From positions 6,734,676 through 6,798,675 of the forward strand of contig CM119268.1 of the NCBI GenBank assembly GCA_051294375.1: a DNA stretch of 64,000 nt, read 5' to 3'. The notes below the pieces were generated by a model. The model had not been told where the DNA came from and ran no database searches. It saw nothing but the letters and a program-made list of their open reading frames with translations. Shown one piece after another: positions 37,761 through 50,229 of this stretch. Within the stretch, counting starts at the first letter, position 1. Each line of letters opens with the position of its first letter. The stretch comes from Paraspadella gotoi. Its lineage: Eukaryota; Animalia; Chaetognatha. Position numbers and translations under genes: made by a program.

Positions 37761-38693
37761 GACCACTCCCTTAAGTATTAGATTGGGGAATACTATATAA
37801 TATATATATATATTATATATTATATTAGAGTAATAAAAGTTAACTTTGACACTGTCTTTTTTGACTGTATCTCTTTCTCCCACCCTTTCTCCTTCCCGAT
37901 TTTCCCCTTTCTCATTTCTCAACCTACATTTCTCTATCCACTTTCCTAAATTTTTTATAAAGATGAATAATTTAATCTCATTTGCATATGAAACACTTAA
38001 TTTAAACGTTTTCTTTCAAATTAGATAATATCAGAAAATTATTCTCAACCTTAATTTAATTTTAAATGCGAAATTTAAATTTGATCATTTTGCAGTGTAC
38101 ACATGCGTATCTCTTCAGATGAAAAAGAATCGTGATAGAAAGGCAAAAGATTCAAACAAATTTAACAGTTCAAAATTCAAATTTCCTGAAATGGAGTAAA
38201 AAGAGCAAATGCAGTTAAAAATTATGTTTTAAGGTAGTTATTTTTTTTAAATATAAGTTGCTAGTCGCCTCTCGTTACCAGTAACTAGTTAACTAGTTAA
38301 CTAGTTAACTCTCGATGAATATACAAAAAAATTAACTTTATTAAACTTGCTCTCGCCGATATTTTTTCAGTGAGATCGACTTCGCAACTCACAACCATAA
38401 GTTTCACAAAAACTGCGAACGTCTCGGTTCGGTTAACGCGCATCGCAGCTCACGGGACAAAGTGCAGCCGAGTGGATTATTTCGTACGCATATTGTCATC
38501 GCTGGAAGCTAGGAACAATCTCCAACTCACTAGTTTGATTTACTGAGTTTGTTTACGTTTTTCCTTTTTTTTTAAATGAATACTAATTCGGACGATTGAT
38601 ATTTATTGATAAATAGGTCGTCATAAGTCAGAATTCTCCAGTCTTACAATAGACAATTTGATTAAGATAATCAATCGATTTAACATCGATTCG

Positions 38694-38734
<41 letters not shown>

Positions 38735-40934
38735 CTAGTGAATCAAGTGGACACGAATGAGAAGGAAAGCGATCAGCGTCAAGCCAATTATGAGAACGAC
38801 GAGAAAGACGACGATGAAAAACGTGAATCGATTGCAGCGACTCTGACGTCGATGCGTCGGGTCGTCGTTAATCTGAAAGAGAAATCACGTCGGCCATATT
38901 TTCTGAAAACGACCCATTACAGATTAAATTCGGAAATGAAATTTGTGTTTTGGTTTGAGGATTAAGTTATGGGCGAGGTTAGGTTAGGGATTAGGATTAG
39001 GAATTAGGGATTCTAATTATGGATTAAGGGTTAGGTAAGGGTTAGGGATTAGGGATTAAGGTTAAGGGTTTGGTTTCAGTTATGATTGGGTATTAAAGCG
39101 TGGCGAAAATATTAAAATCAAGTAGAATCAAAATTTGAATAGTAGATAACGAACAGGATTTTTCAATTTTCGCATTAGCCCATATTTATACATTTTTAAA
39201 ATCGTCGTAAAAATACTAAAAACTTTCGTTTTCGAATCTGCTATCTTATTGAACTACGAAAAGAGAAAAAAATTACCCAATAGAAAATGTTAAAATTTTA
39301 AAATGTTTTTTTTTGTTTTGTTTTTTTTATACATAGAAAATGTTAAAATTTTAAAATGTTTTTTTCTTATTTTTGAAAGCAGATTCGAATTCCTCACTAA
39401 AAGTTGATAAAAGGAAATATAACTCTTTTTATAAAATTATTTCATTAAGAGGGTCAAAATCTTAAAAAAACTCATAGTAAGTTAACCTATAATTTAATTT
39501 TAGTATAAAAAATATAGCTTTTTTAATTTTTAGCAAACTTAATGAAATAATTTTTTATTAAGACTTATATTTTCTTTTATCAAATTTTTATAAGGAATTA
39601 TGGCAACGGGAAGATAGCCTGTGATACCCGGGGCGCGGGGTATCTCACCAACTGGCGTAGGGGCTGCGGACCCTCAGTGACCGCCTCCTGTCACTGGCAT
39701 GTTTATACCGGCACCGTCACATTTAAGCCAGAACCGGGATACCCAGGGATTGAACCCGGGACGCACGGATGGAATGAGATGATTTAGCCTGCTCAGCCAT
39801 TGAGACGAGGCTGAGGACGGACAGCAGTGAGGCAGCTTTAAGTCTTGCTGCCACAGAATTCAAATTTGCTTTCAAAACTAAAAAAAAACTATTTTAAAAT
39901 TGTGACATTTTCTATGGTAAGTACTATGTATAAATATGGCGTAGGCAAAAATTGAGAAATTTAAAAAAAAAATTATATATCGATGTTTTTAAGTACAAGA
40001 TTGTTTATGAACAACTATACGAATTTTGTTCTGCAACTTTCACTACGCCTTATTGGGTATTATGGTTAGGCATTAAGTTTAGAAGATAAGGTTTAGGATT
40101 AGGGATTCTCAATACGGATTAGGTATGAAGTATGGGCTAGGGATTAGGGTTAAGAATTGAATCAAGTAACAAGGGTTAGATATTGTAATATGGAACCCGA
40201 GGTCACGCAGAGTGGCAAGCAACTTGCTTCAGGAATAACGATGCTTACATGCGAGGCTAACGACGACGACGAAGACGACGACAACGACATCAAGACGTTT
40301 TCGCTGATGGAAATTCTCCTCGTCAACTGAAAAGAAAATCGAGGAAGGAAATTAAAAATTGGAGGGAGAAGAAAAGCGAACTGTTGTTGTTGTTGTTGTT
40401 GATCCAGTTGTATTGCGGCAGGTTAGCATAGTACGTCGGTTAGATCAAACTATGAGCTAGCTACTAGTTAAAATTAAACCAATCTATTGGCTCATTCGAT
40501 CAATGCATCACTTAAACAAATAAATCGATTAGCAATCAATCAATCGCATCAATCGAATCGATCAATCAATCAATCAATCCCAATCATTCAATTCCTACCG
40601 TCAGCCTCCTCGTCCGCTCTTCGATCTGCGCCAGCGTCTCCACTCGATCCATCGCCTTCGCCACGACCTCCGCCAGGATTTCCTTCAGCGCCTCGTTCTC
40701 GCTCTTCAACTGCGCCAGTCGCGCCGCCGTCGTTTCCGGCGTAGTGGGCGTGTCCGCGCGGAACGGAGCCACGAAAAGCGTCGCGACCGTCTCCCGCGAT
40801 TGAGTCGGGGTCGGGGTTTGCGGCGGCGACGGCGGCGACGGCGGCGGCGGCGGCGGCGGCGGCGGAGTTGACGCCTTGCTGTCAAATGTCTGTGAAGTAG
40901 CGACGGTTTTTGATAGTTCATGATATGGCGTCAT
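38735..40934 (-). CDS. Divergent synaptobrevin/VAMP-like tail-anchored R-SNARE, 183 aa, 3 exons
   Basis: Exons 40934-40599, 40326-40249, 38872-38735 (GT-AG, all phase 0). Pro-rich N-terminus. RLAQLKSENEALKEILAEVVAKAMDRVETLAQIEERTRRL aligns without gaps to VAMP2 [40 protein letters not shown], with the zero-layer R kept. C-terminal TM FTFFIVVFLVVLIIGLTLIAFLLI. Confidence 0.75.
38960..39125. repeat. Degenerate (TTAGGG)-like array; related direct copy at ~40055-40180
   Basis: ggttaggttagggattaggattagg... Both copies share ggattagggattct..a.t..ggatta and end near AATCAAGTA. Confidence 0.7.
39600..39810 (-). mobile_element. tRNA-derived SINE-like element (tRNA-Gly-like head)
   Basis: Minus strand has a Pol III A-box TGGCTGAGCAGG (39799-39788) and B-box GGTTCAATCCC (39756-39746) at tRNA spacing and a TTCCA loop, but no intact acceptor or anticodon stems. 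Followed by a GC-rich body with hairpins inside an AT-rich intron. Confidence 0.7.
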
Positions 40935-41308
40935 TTTTTTTTAGAGAAATTGCACTCGATTTGTAAAAAACTCACTTGTTTCGTCTGACAATAAAGACCT
41001 TTGGATCATTGAGGTTGTGATTTTTTTTTTTAATCAAACCACAAATATTTATTTATTGTTATCCAAATAACTAAACTATATTCAAAACCAAAGTTTATTG
41101 AAAAAAAAAAGTTTCTAGTTCTCGATTCTACCATTCTAGAAAAGTCATTCGTCTTATAAACCGGGTTTAGAGAATTAGCTCGAATTTAGTAGTCCATTCT
41201 TAAAATAAAGCAAATTTTTTGTATATTAAAATAAAGTTAAAACGATCGATTAAATTATTTAAAAAAAAAAAGCAAAACAAAAACACACACAAAAAAAATA
41301 AACAAAAC

Positions 41309-44221
41309 ATGACGAAAAAGGGATGTCCGACCTGCAACACGACGACGAGATGGAACCTAGTGGCCAACCCGAGCTACGTGGATCCGCCCAAGCCGGTCAT
41401 CCTGCCAGAGTTGGTACAGTCCTGCAAGGAAGTCTGCACTCCGATCATCAAGGTCGAGGTCCCCAAGTACGCCTTCAAGTATCCCAACTTCGATCGGCTC
41501 AAACTGGCCACCATCAAGGATTCCATTCATCACCCAAGGATGCCGGCGGTGAGACTTAGAGATGGGATTTGAGGGACAGACTGACTGAAGGATCCCGAGT
41601 CAGGATGGCAAAGAGAGGGAGGAATAGTTTTGGACATAGAGATGGAGAGACGGGAGTAACCGAATAAAAAGACAAAGGGACAGACGAAAGGACAGGACGA
41701 AGGGACCCGAAGGACAGAAAGAAAGATGAGTAAATTCTTTGTGAACGACTTGGTTCTCAGGTGCCGACGCTGCGACGAATCGATCGAGACGATCAACTCT
41801 GCAAATTGGCCGACGAACACGTGAGAACCAGCATCGAATGCGGGAAGCCTTTTTACGAGTAATTCACTTTTCTTGCATCACTTCTCGCCATTTCTAACTC
41901 TTTTGCATCACTTCTCGCCATTTCTCACTCTTTTGCATCGCTTCGCGCCTTTCTTCCTCACACTACTCACTATTTCTAATCGCTCCTTACCATTTCGCAC
42001 CATTTAAACCCCACTCCTAATGATTTCGAACTTACCCAACCTCTCTCACATCCTCTCCATCCACCCCACCTTCCCCTTCAAAGACGATCGACGGACCCCA
42101 AAGTGGAGATCCCCGAGGGATTGGAGACGGTGATCCGAAAGCAGGCGCCTCACCCTTCAAGTTACGATCCTCACCTCGTCATCGTCTGTCCCGAGATCAA
42201 AGAGGGCAGGCAACCGCCGAGGAACTTTTCGGGTGATCCGACCGGATCGAGGGTCAAGGTGGGTCAAGAGAATGTTAGGGTTGGTTCCAGAAGGGAGGGG
42301 AAAGTCTTTCGGCAAGAAGACGGCTTTGTTTTCGGGTAAGGGCTCAGGACTTACTTATGAATGTTTCCTAATTAAGGTCTTATAAAGTTTAACATGTAAA
42401 TAAAAATTGTCGTATTGGATGAACGTAAGTAATGTTTTGTAATATTTTTAATATTTTGTTATATTTTGCCAAAGCTAGGGCAAAGTGACCGTGGGGAATG
42501 ACCGGCTCTGAGAAAGAGGAGAGAGGAAGGGTTTAGAGAGAGAGACCGATAGGAAGTCGCCTCAATTTGTTGTTTATTCCTTTGTAATAATTGTTGTCAA
42601 CGTGCTAATTGTTTCCATTGGCTATTACACATTTCAAAGGTTGAATTCATCCGAAATCCGACGAAGCCCAAACAGTTCGAGCCTCGTGGTTATCCTATAG
42701 AAGAATGGCGCGACTTTCTCGATCAAGTAAATTATAGCCTAATGAAATGAATATTGACTATATACTGCACATTAACTTGCACATTTAAATTTGAAAGCTT
42801 CTAGTCATATTTTAACATCTCTCGACTGTTAACTGTTAACTAGTCATTAAATCACTAAGTCGTGATTGTAACTACATAAAATAAAAACATGTATATCATT
42901 GTATAAACGATTTTAACGATATAATTTAAAACAACTTGCTCTTTTGTTGATATCCGTTTCCCACTAGGACCCCGCCGATCGCTACATCGCGCCGCCAGAG
43001 GCGCCACTATCCAGCGATCAACACTGGGTGGGTTACGGAGTCGTCTATCAAAAACTGGATCACGGGGACCCGACGAGAAAGCCGAGAGAAAAGTGGAGGG
43101 TGAGTACTGGAGGGAGTGGGTGGGTACTGGGTAAGGTTTAAAAGGGTGGATGTGAGGGAGGAAGATGCAGGACCGGCGGAAATGAGGTGGAAGATGATCA
43201 AGGGGAAGAAAGAGAGGAAGACTACGGCAGGAGAAAAGGTAAGGTGACGATTGTCGTCCTAAAAAGGTGAGGAAGGAAGGAAGAAAGGAGTCTTCATTAC
43301 TAACTTGCTCTTTCGCACGTTGAATTTAGTTTTGAAAAATTATAGCAGCTTCTCAGACACGGCAGGGTCAGACACGTCTCTTCTTTTAGTTCCCCGAGTA
43401 GTTATCACAAGATTACAAATACGATCGTTTAAGTAATCGAATTAGTTTTAGTGGTATTTTGATAAGATAAAAATCCTCATCGAATTACTAAACAAGAAAC
43501 TTTCTCATTCCCCCCCAAAAAATATAAAGTTTTAGTTTTCGACAAAGACCGCCAGTCTCTTGGCAATCCTAACTTTCTTCGCTTCCCTCTCGCCCACCAT
43601 CTTCCCATCCCCTGCACCTCCCCACCTCCAGCGCGCCCTCCGCGGCTACCACAACCTGGAAGGTCGCGGCCAACGCCCCATTCCCTCCGACAAGCTGGAT
43701 ATCTTCCGGCGGCAGGCGCTGGGAAGGGGGAACTGCTGGTGGCCGCCGAGGGTGTCGTCGGAACCTTGGAAGTCGAATCATTATTACTTCGACAACACGG
43801 ATCCCATGCAGGTTTTGGTCTGGGAAGGATGTTCATTTGCCTCACCTATCTAGTGGGGGTCGAAATTATAAAACATTAATATTTTACAATAATAGACTTT
43901 GAAATTTAAAAATTTTAAATCTTAAAGTTTCAAAATTTTAAAAATTATAAATGTCTAGAATTATAAACTAAACTTTTATACTAATAATAAAAGTTTTAAA
44001 AATAATGTTTTAAAATTCCGAAATTATAACCTTTAATCCTTCCGATATTCCAATTTTTTTTCAAATTGTCAAATTTTAAACTTACCCCACGCCTCACTCC
44101 CCTTTACCACGCCCAACCTTTCCAGCACTTAACTTCCGGTCCGAGATCTGCGCCGTTTGAATTCGATTGTCGACGCACAACTCGCGTCGTGTACGATAGA
44201 GGGCTTCACACCACGAACTGA
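41309..44221 (+). CDS. TEPP: TEPP/SPMIP8-like (sperm/ciliary microtubule inner protein family), ~335 aa, 7 exons
   Basis: Exons 41309-41548, 41761-41858, 42084-42258, 42640-42726, 42968-43099, 43632-43811, 44126-44221, phase-consistent. Motifs recalled from TEPP: KDSIHHPRMPAVPTLRRIDRD..LADEHVRTSIEC (cf. KQQLYHPALPTLRHMDRD..LPDEHCQSTTYC), IEEWRDF (IEDWSHF), GYGVVY..KWR, LEGRGQRPIPSDKLDIFR (LDRYGQKPLPFDSLNTFR). AATAAA at 44353. Confidence 0.82.
41873..41955. repeat. 30-bp tandem repeat (~2.7 copies) in TEPP intron 2
   Basis: TTGCATCACTTCTCGCCATTTCT(A/C)ACTCTT repeated. Confidence 0.85.
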
Positions 44222-45236
44222 ATTCACACAGTCGATCGACTTCAAATTCGTGATGTCGATACTCGATGCCATCGCAGATTCTTTCATCGGCTCTTTTGAT
44301 TAATTATTCAAATTAATAAGTAATAAGTATTAAGGTAGTCTAGTAGTTTAACAATAAAGACCATATATTTTTTACGATTTTCTTTTATTTCGGTGGCGAA
44401 CTGATACATAGACTTAGATGATTTGAACACATTTTAAACCGGATATTAAAGCTAAGTTCCCGTTTATGTTAGTTAATTCGCTGACTACAGATGCTAAATT
44501 TAGGTGTCCATGTACGTCACAGTGCTGTCAAAACTTTGAAAAAAAATTAAGAAGCATTGTTAAAATAAATATAAAACAGGCGGCAAGTATTCCTAGAAAA
44601 TGATATTTTGAAATTGAAAAGGATATTCATTTGCGCCTCAGGGATTGTCTAGGACTGTAAAAAGATTTAGGAGCGATTTCTTAAGTTAAAATAATAATTT
44701 TCACCTAAAAATTATATTTGTTCTATTTAATTTTTATTTAATTTAGAATACTAAGCAGTTAATTTTCACATCATGAATGTAGAAGGATTGTTTGGGGATT
44801 TAAAGCAACGTTTAAAAAATAAATATTACTTGTTTTGCCAATTTTTTAACAAGTTTTTTTTCTGTTAAAGTCTCTGCTTATCGTCAAAGTTATAGCTTAA
44901 AAAAACTGTTCGCCTCAGGTTATGAACTTCAGATTTATTAAAAAAAGCAAAAAAAAAAAAAAAAAACTAGACTTGCTGCAGTTACTTTTTCTGTCGTTCA
45001 TTTGGTGCATTTGCGTCAGCGAACCACTTTGAGTTATATTTACCTAATTCTCGAACCTTCCACCCAAACGTATACTTATATCAAATCAAGCTTAAGCAAC
45101 AGTTAAAGAAATTAATAAAAAACTAATGAAGTCATTCCAAAAAGTTTATTCTTCACCCCTCTCCCCGAGAAGCAACATCGCCCAGATCACCACTTGCCAA
45201 CACCTGTTGGCGCCCGAGAGAGAGAGAGAGAGAGGG

Positions 45237-45293
<57 letters not shown>

Positions 45294-46159
45294 AGAGAGA
45301 GAGAGAGAGAGAGAACGGCAGGCGCGACCTTTTTTTTTTGCGGAATAACTCTTTGTTTATTTTCGTTCGTTCTGTTACTCGTTTACACTTCCAACTTTGG
45401 ACGAACGCGAGAGAAAATTGTTTATATAAACAAAAGAATCGCGAATGAAAACAAGAAAAGATTTTACGCTTAAAATCCGATCCAGATTCTTCGGTAGCAT
45501 TTTACTATTTTTAGTGCCCTTGGTTGTTTTTTTTTCAACGGTTTTTCACATTTTTAAAAACGTAAAGATTTTGTAAAAACAATGGATAATCATTTGAATC
45601 TTATTGAATAATGTTTTCTTTTTTTTATAGATTTGAAACTCACTTTTATCGTTAGCATAATATTCCCCCCCCTCTTGGTAGCTGGGGGGGAGTACGATTC
45701 GTTAAAATTAAATTGTAATTTAAACTAGAAAGTAAAAACTAATTAAAACACAGAGCGTACTTTCCTCTTTTCTTTACCATCTTTCTACGCGCTCTATTTC
45801 AAAACTTTGCTCTTCTACCTTTCGCCACTCGCTCCTCCTCCTCGCCCCTTTTCCTCTTCCTCCCTTCCTTCCTCTTCGCCCCTCCTACCCCTCCTCCTCC
45901 CCATTCGCCACTCCCTCTTCACTCTTCCTTCTCCGCCTGTCGCGAGCCAAAAAAAGTTATTGAATATTGACTATTGAGTCATTTATTCCTTTTGTTGACG
46001 TTCAAACCCTGAAACCGGACATTTACTCGGCCTCGCGAAACGGGAGCCCCCGGGGCGCATAAAAAGTGAGAGGGAGAGGGCGTTTTAAATTAGAGGAGAA
46101 GATGGATTAAAAAAGGGAGAGAGAGAGAGAGAGAGAGAAGAGAGAGAAGATGAGAGGAC

Positions 46160-46194
<35 letters not shown>

Positions 46195-49100
46195 CGCGAT
46201 TATTTGTCCCAAGAAAAGGGAAGGCTTTTCTTTCTTCTCAATGTTACAATAATTGACTTACTTTTCCCTTTCAAATCTAAAAGATGACTCCGGACATTCA
46301 TCCCTTTACACTTTTCTTAACCTTCATCCTTGTTTGCACAAACTTGATACAATCGAAAAGGGGCGGAGCAATCGCCTCGGGTTCGGTACGCGACTATTAA
46401 TCTCAACATTTAAATCAACACACACTTCATTTGTCTATTTTGTTTTTTTCTGGGAACCCTGTCATCAAATTTGGATCTATTTTAACCTTGTTCTCGAAAA
46501 ACTTGTCTGTCTTTAATGGGAGTAAAGGATAGAAACTCTTTAGTTTCTATCAGACTATCTTCCACCGTTGTCAGCCTTCAATCTTTTAGTTTCGAGTTGA
46601 TTTTCTGATAAAACTTCAAAGCGATAGGTATAGCTTTATGATTAAATGCATTGACGAATTAGTTTTCAGAGAGCAGTAAAAAATTTGAAACGTGGAGATT
46701 GGGGAAAACTCGGTCACAGTGAGACGAATGGGGATTCGCCGGCTCCGGTCATTTACGGCCGAGTGATACCGGAGGCGGAAGAAACGGCGGTGGGGACAGT
46801 GGGGGAGGCGGAGGCGGCGGAGGCGGCGGAGGCGGCGGAGGCGGAGTAGGAAGCGGCGGACGTGGAAGTAATACAGAAATGTTTATTAATGTCACCTTTG
46901 TCTTTTTTTTTATCTCTTCTATTTCTAACCGACTTCTGATTTTTGCTCCATTTCCGGCAGTCAAAAAAAAAACAACAACAAAAAAACCGTTTGAAAAAGA
47001 AACACTGTTTTTTTTTACTCGATGAATCTGCCTAACTTCCCTCTCTTCATCTTCCCCCCCCCGTTAACGTATATAAAAGCAAAACGCAATTATCCAGTTT
47101 TTTGTTTGATCCACATTTTAACGAAAGTTTTTTTCTCGCGAAGTTAAAACAAATAAGTCAAAACAGGAAAAAAAAACACTGGCAATTGAAAACAAGAAAA
47201 AAAACTGAAGGTCGAGTCGCAACCTAAAAAAAAAGGACGGTGCCACAAGCGGAACTTCACAAATTGTTTACAAATCTTGCGATCGATCGATGTCACGTGC
47301 GCATGAATTTGAATTGACGTAACGACTCTACTAATTTTTCAGACGTCATTACATTCAATCAATTTTATTCGATTAAAAAACATCTAGCTGTATTTGAGTA
47401 CAATATACGAAATCTCGAAATTTAAAACATATTTTTTCTTTTCGCTACTTTTAATAATCCTGACATAGAATCTTCGGAAATTCTCTCAATTCTCACTGAT
47501 TTTTTTTTAACTCTTTTTAATTCTAAATTAAACATAAACTAATCTCTGGACAGAAGAAGTAAGAATTTTTTCTCTCCCTCTACCGTGAACAAAGTTGAAT
47601 GAAATCCAAGAAATTAATCGTCTCATCTATTCATTGCTCTTTTTTTTTTCAATCCCTTCTGATATTTTTTATCCTCTTGTAGATTCCAATTTAATTATCT
47701 CCATGAGAAAATCCCATACCGTTCTGCTGCCGGAAAAATGTTTAGCAAAATAGTTTACTAGGGGGGGGCAGGGACGGGAGAAGGAGGAGATGGGGGGGGA
47801 TGAGGAGAAAAAACGGTTGCCAAGCAACATGATGTCTCTTCCTTTGTATTCTCTGTTGGTTGTGAGGCTGCCAAGATATATTATGCCCTATTGTTGTTGC
47901 CACGAATCCTGTGGAATCTGGCTGGGTCTTTTTTCGTCCGATTGCCTTTGGTTGTAACACACGCTTTCTCTTATTATTTTTCATCGCAATGTATAATACT
48001 GAGAATGAGAAAAAACGTTATATATCCATCTAATAAATTAATATAATGAAATCGAATATCATAAAATAAGTAATTCTCATATTAAAACTAAGAAACCCTT
48101 TCTGTCATTAGAAGAAATTTTTTTCACAGTAGAAAAGAAAAAAAAAAATTCCATCGACGCGAACGGTTTTTTCGTTCCCAGCCTTTCTCATAAAAAAAGG
48201 GCCCATAGATTCTCGATGGAAGATAAACCAATTTTCCGTTTGATTCAGAGCTTAAAATCAAAACTCGATGCGACCCACGAGTCTGTATGGGGAAATAGTT
48301 TTTCATACACAGGACGAATTTCAATAGACATGTATGAAATGACTAAAATGACAAAATGACAAATGACATGGACGAGATTTGAATAGAATGAAATATAATG
48401 ACAAAGTAAAAAGGAAAAGAAAAAAAGGACTTTAAAACTTATTTTTTGTAGTTAAGGAACAATCTTTTTTTAAAATATTGTTAGAATCCTTGAAAAATTA
48501 TGAAAGTGATATTTTTAAAATTTTCTGCCGAACGTTTTAAAAAGTTTAACGCTTAAAATTAAATGAATTTACAACAATATGCAAATGAGATTAAGAAGAA
48601 TTAGGATGTAAATCAAGCAATTCTCCGCGAACTAATAATAAAAATTAAGATAATCACCTCAACCGTAAATATAATATATATTATATAATATATCATTCTA
48701 AACGCTTTTTTCAAAATATCTTTATTTGTACAAACATTTCGCTTCTCTTAGATGTTTTTTTCAGTATTGATTAATAAAAAGTGAAGAGAATTCAATTCCA
48801 GTTGTTGACCTGAAAAATTTAAGATAAATCTTAAAAAAAAATGAATAACAACAACAACATAACAACAACTTCTCGTTTATCGTTTCAATTAATAATTTCG
48901 CGCTTTTTTGGTTACTTGATGAAAAGTTAAGATCGCTCAAGGATGGAATTCTAGATAAAAAATGGATAAAATTTAAAATATGAATTCGAGAATTTGAAAA
49001 AAAAAATATTTACCAACTATAAAAATTATCTTTTTCGAGATTTAAAATATTTTCTGTTGGAATTCTTATTCTCGGCTAAACGATTCTATTTATCCCAGCG

Positions 49101-50229
49101 TGCGGAATTAATTAATTGCTATCTGCAAATCTTTATTCCCGAAATGGCTGCAATCGCGTCGGTCAGGTAACACCTCGTTTCCGTCTTTTTCAATTATCAC
49201 TCATAACCATCTTACTCTCTCTCTCTCTGCCTTCTTTTTTTTCCCTCTTTCAAACTTTCTGTCGTTCTTCCCTTTTTTTTCCCTCTCTCTCTCTCTTTTT
49301 TTTTTACTATTTTCACTCCTTTTGTTTTTGCGTAATGACGGGGTTAGTTGACTTTTTAAAAAAGATTTAAAAAAATCCATTTCGAGAGGAAGAAAAAAAA
49401 GTTTTTTTAAAAAAAAAAGGGAATAAAATTTATGAGATTTATGAGATTTATGACAGAAGTGGAAACTTGAACGGAATGAGGGACGAATAAAGAAGAAACA
49501 AATGGTAACAAAACGCCGAAAGACGACGACGACGACGAAGACGACGACGAAGAGAAAAAATGGAGTGAGACGAGCCTCAACGAAATTTATTGCCATGTTC
49601 CGCGTTTTAAGTAGTGACAAACGGACAGACGGACTCAAATCGAGAAAAAAAAATGTTTCGTCGACCGACGAAAGTCTTTTTTTTTTTTTACTCATAACCG
49701 TTGTTCGTGCTCTTTTAACTTTCTAATTTTTTTTTTCATGTTGAGTAATAATAATAAAAATTGCTCGTGTATATTTTTTAAAATTTCATTTGCATATAGT
49801 AGTTATCCTAATTCCAGTGCTTTAAGATATAAGAACTCGAGTTGTTTTCGTAGAAACATTTTTAATATCCCTAAATAGTATCTTCCATATTTGATGTGGA
49901 TGCGAATTTTCGGTGAATGGAATCAATTGTCATTAGACGGATTGGGGATTGAGAAACTTCTTAACCGACCAAAGGGAAGTAAGAATTGCAAGGAGCAAAT
50001 ATTTTAAAAAAATAGACGGATCTCGTAAAATTCCGGAAAAATTCCATCTCTTAGCCAACTTAGCACACTGCGTGCCAGGTCTGGCCTAATTTTAGACCGT
50101 TTAGCCAGTAAAAAAATGATCTGGCANNNNNNNNNNNNNNNNNNNNNNNNNTGGCATCATTCGAAATGTGAAAAAAAATTGAGGGTTTTCTACCTACAGC
50201 ATTGATAGAGTATAAAAAAACAATGCCCG

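Noticed and set aside
39735-39810. Functional tRNA gene
   Set aside because: A and B boxes are present but acceptor and anticodon stems do not pair; better explained as a SINE head.
40228-40327. Alternative frame of VAMP exon 2 (VDEENFHQRKRLDVVVVVFVVVVSLAC) that would restore the +6 Phe and give a short TM
   Set aside because: Requires a phase-1 donor that is not GT/GC. The phase-0 reading links cleanly to a full TM exon, and the poly-Val comes from a (GTC)n repeat. Worth rechecking with RNA-seq.
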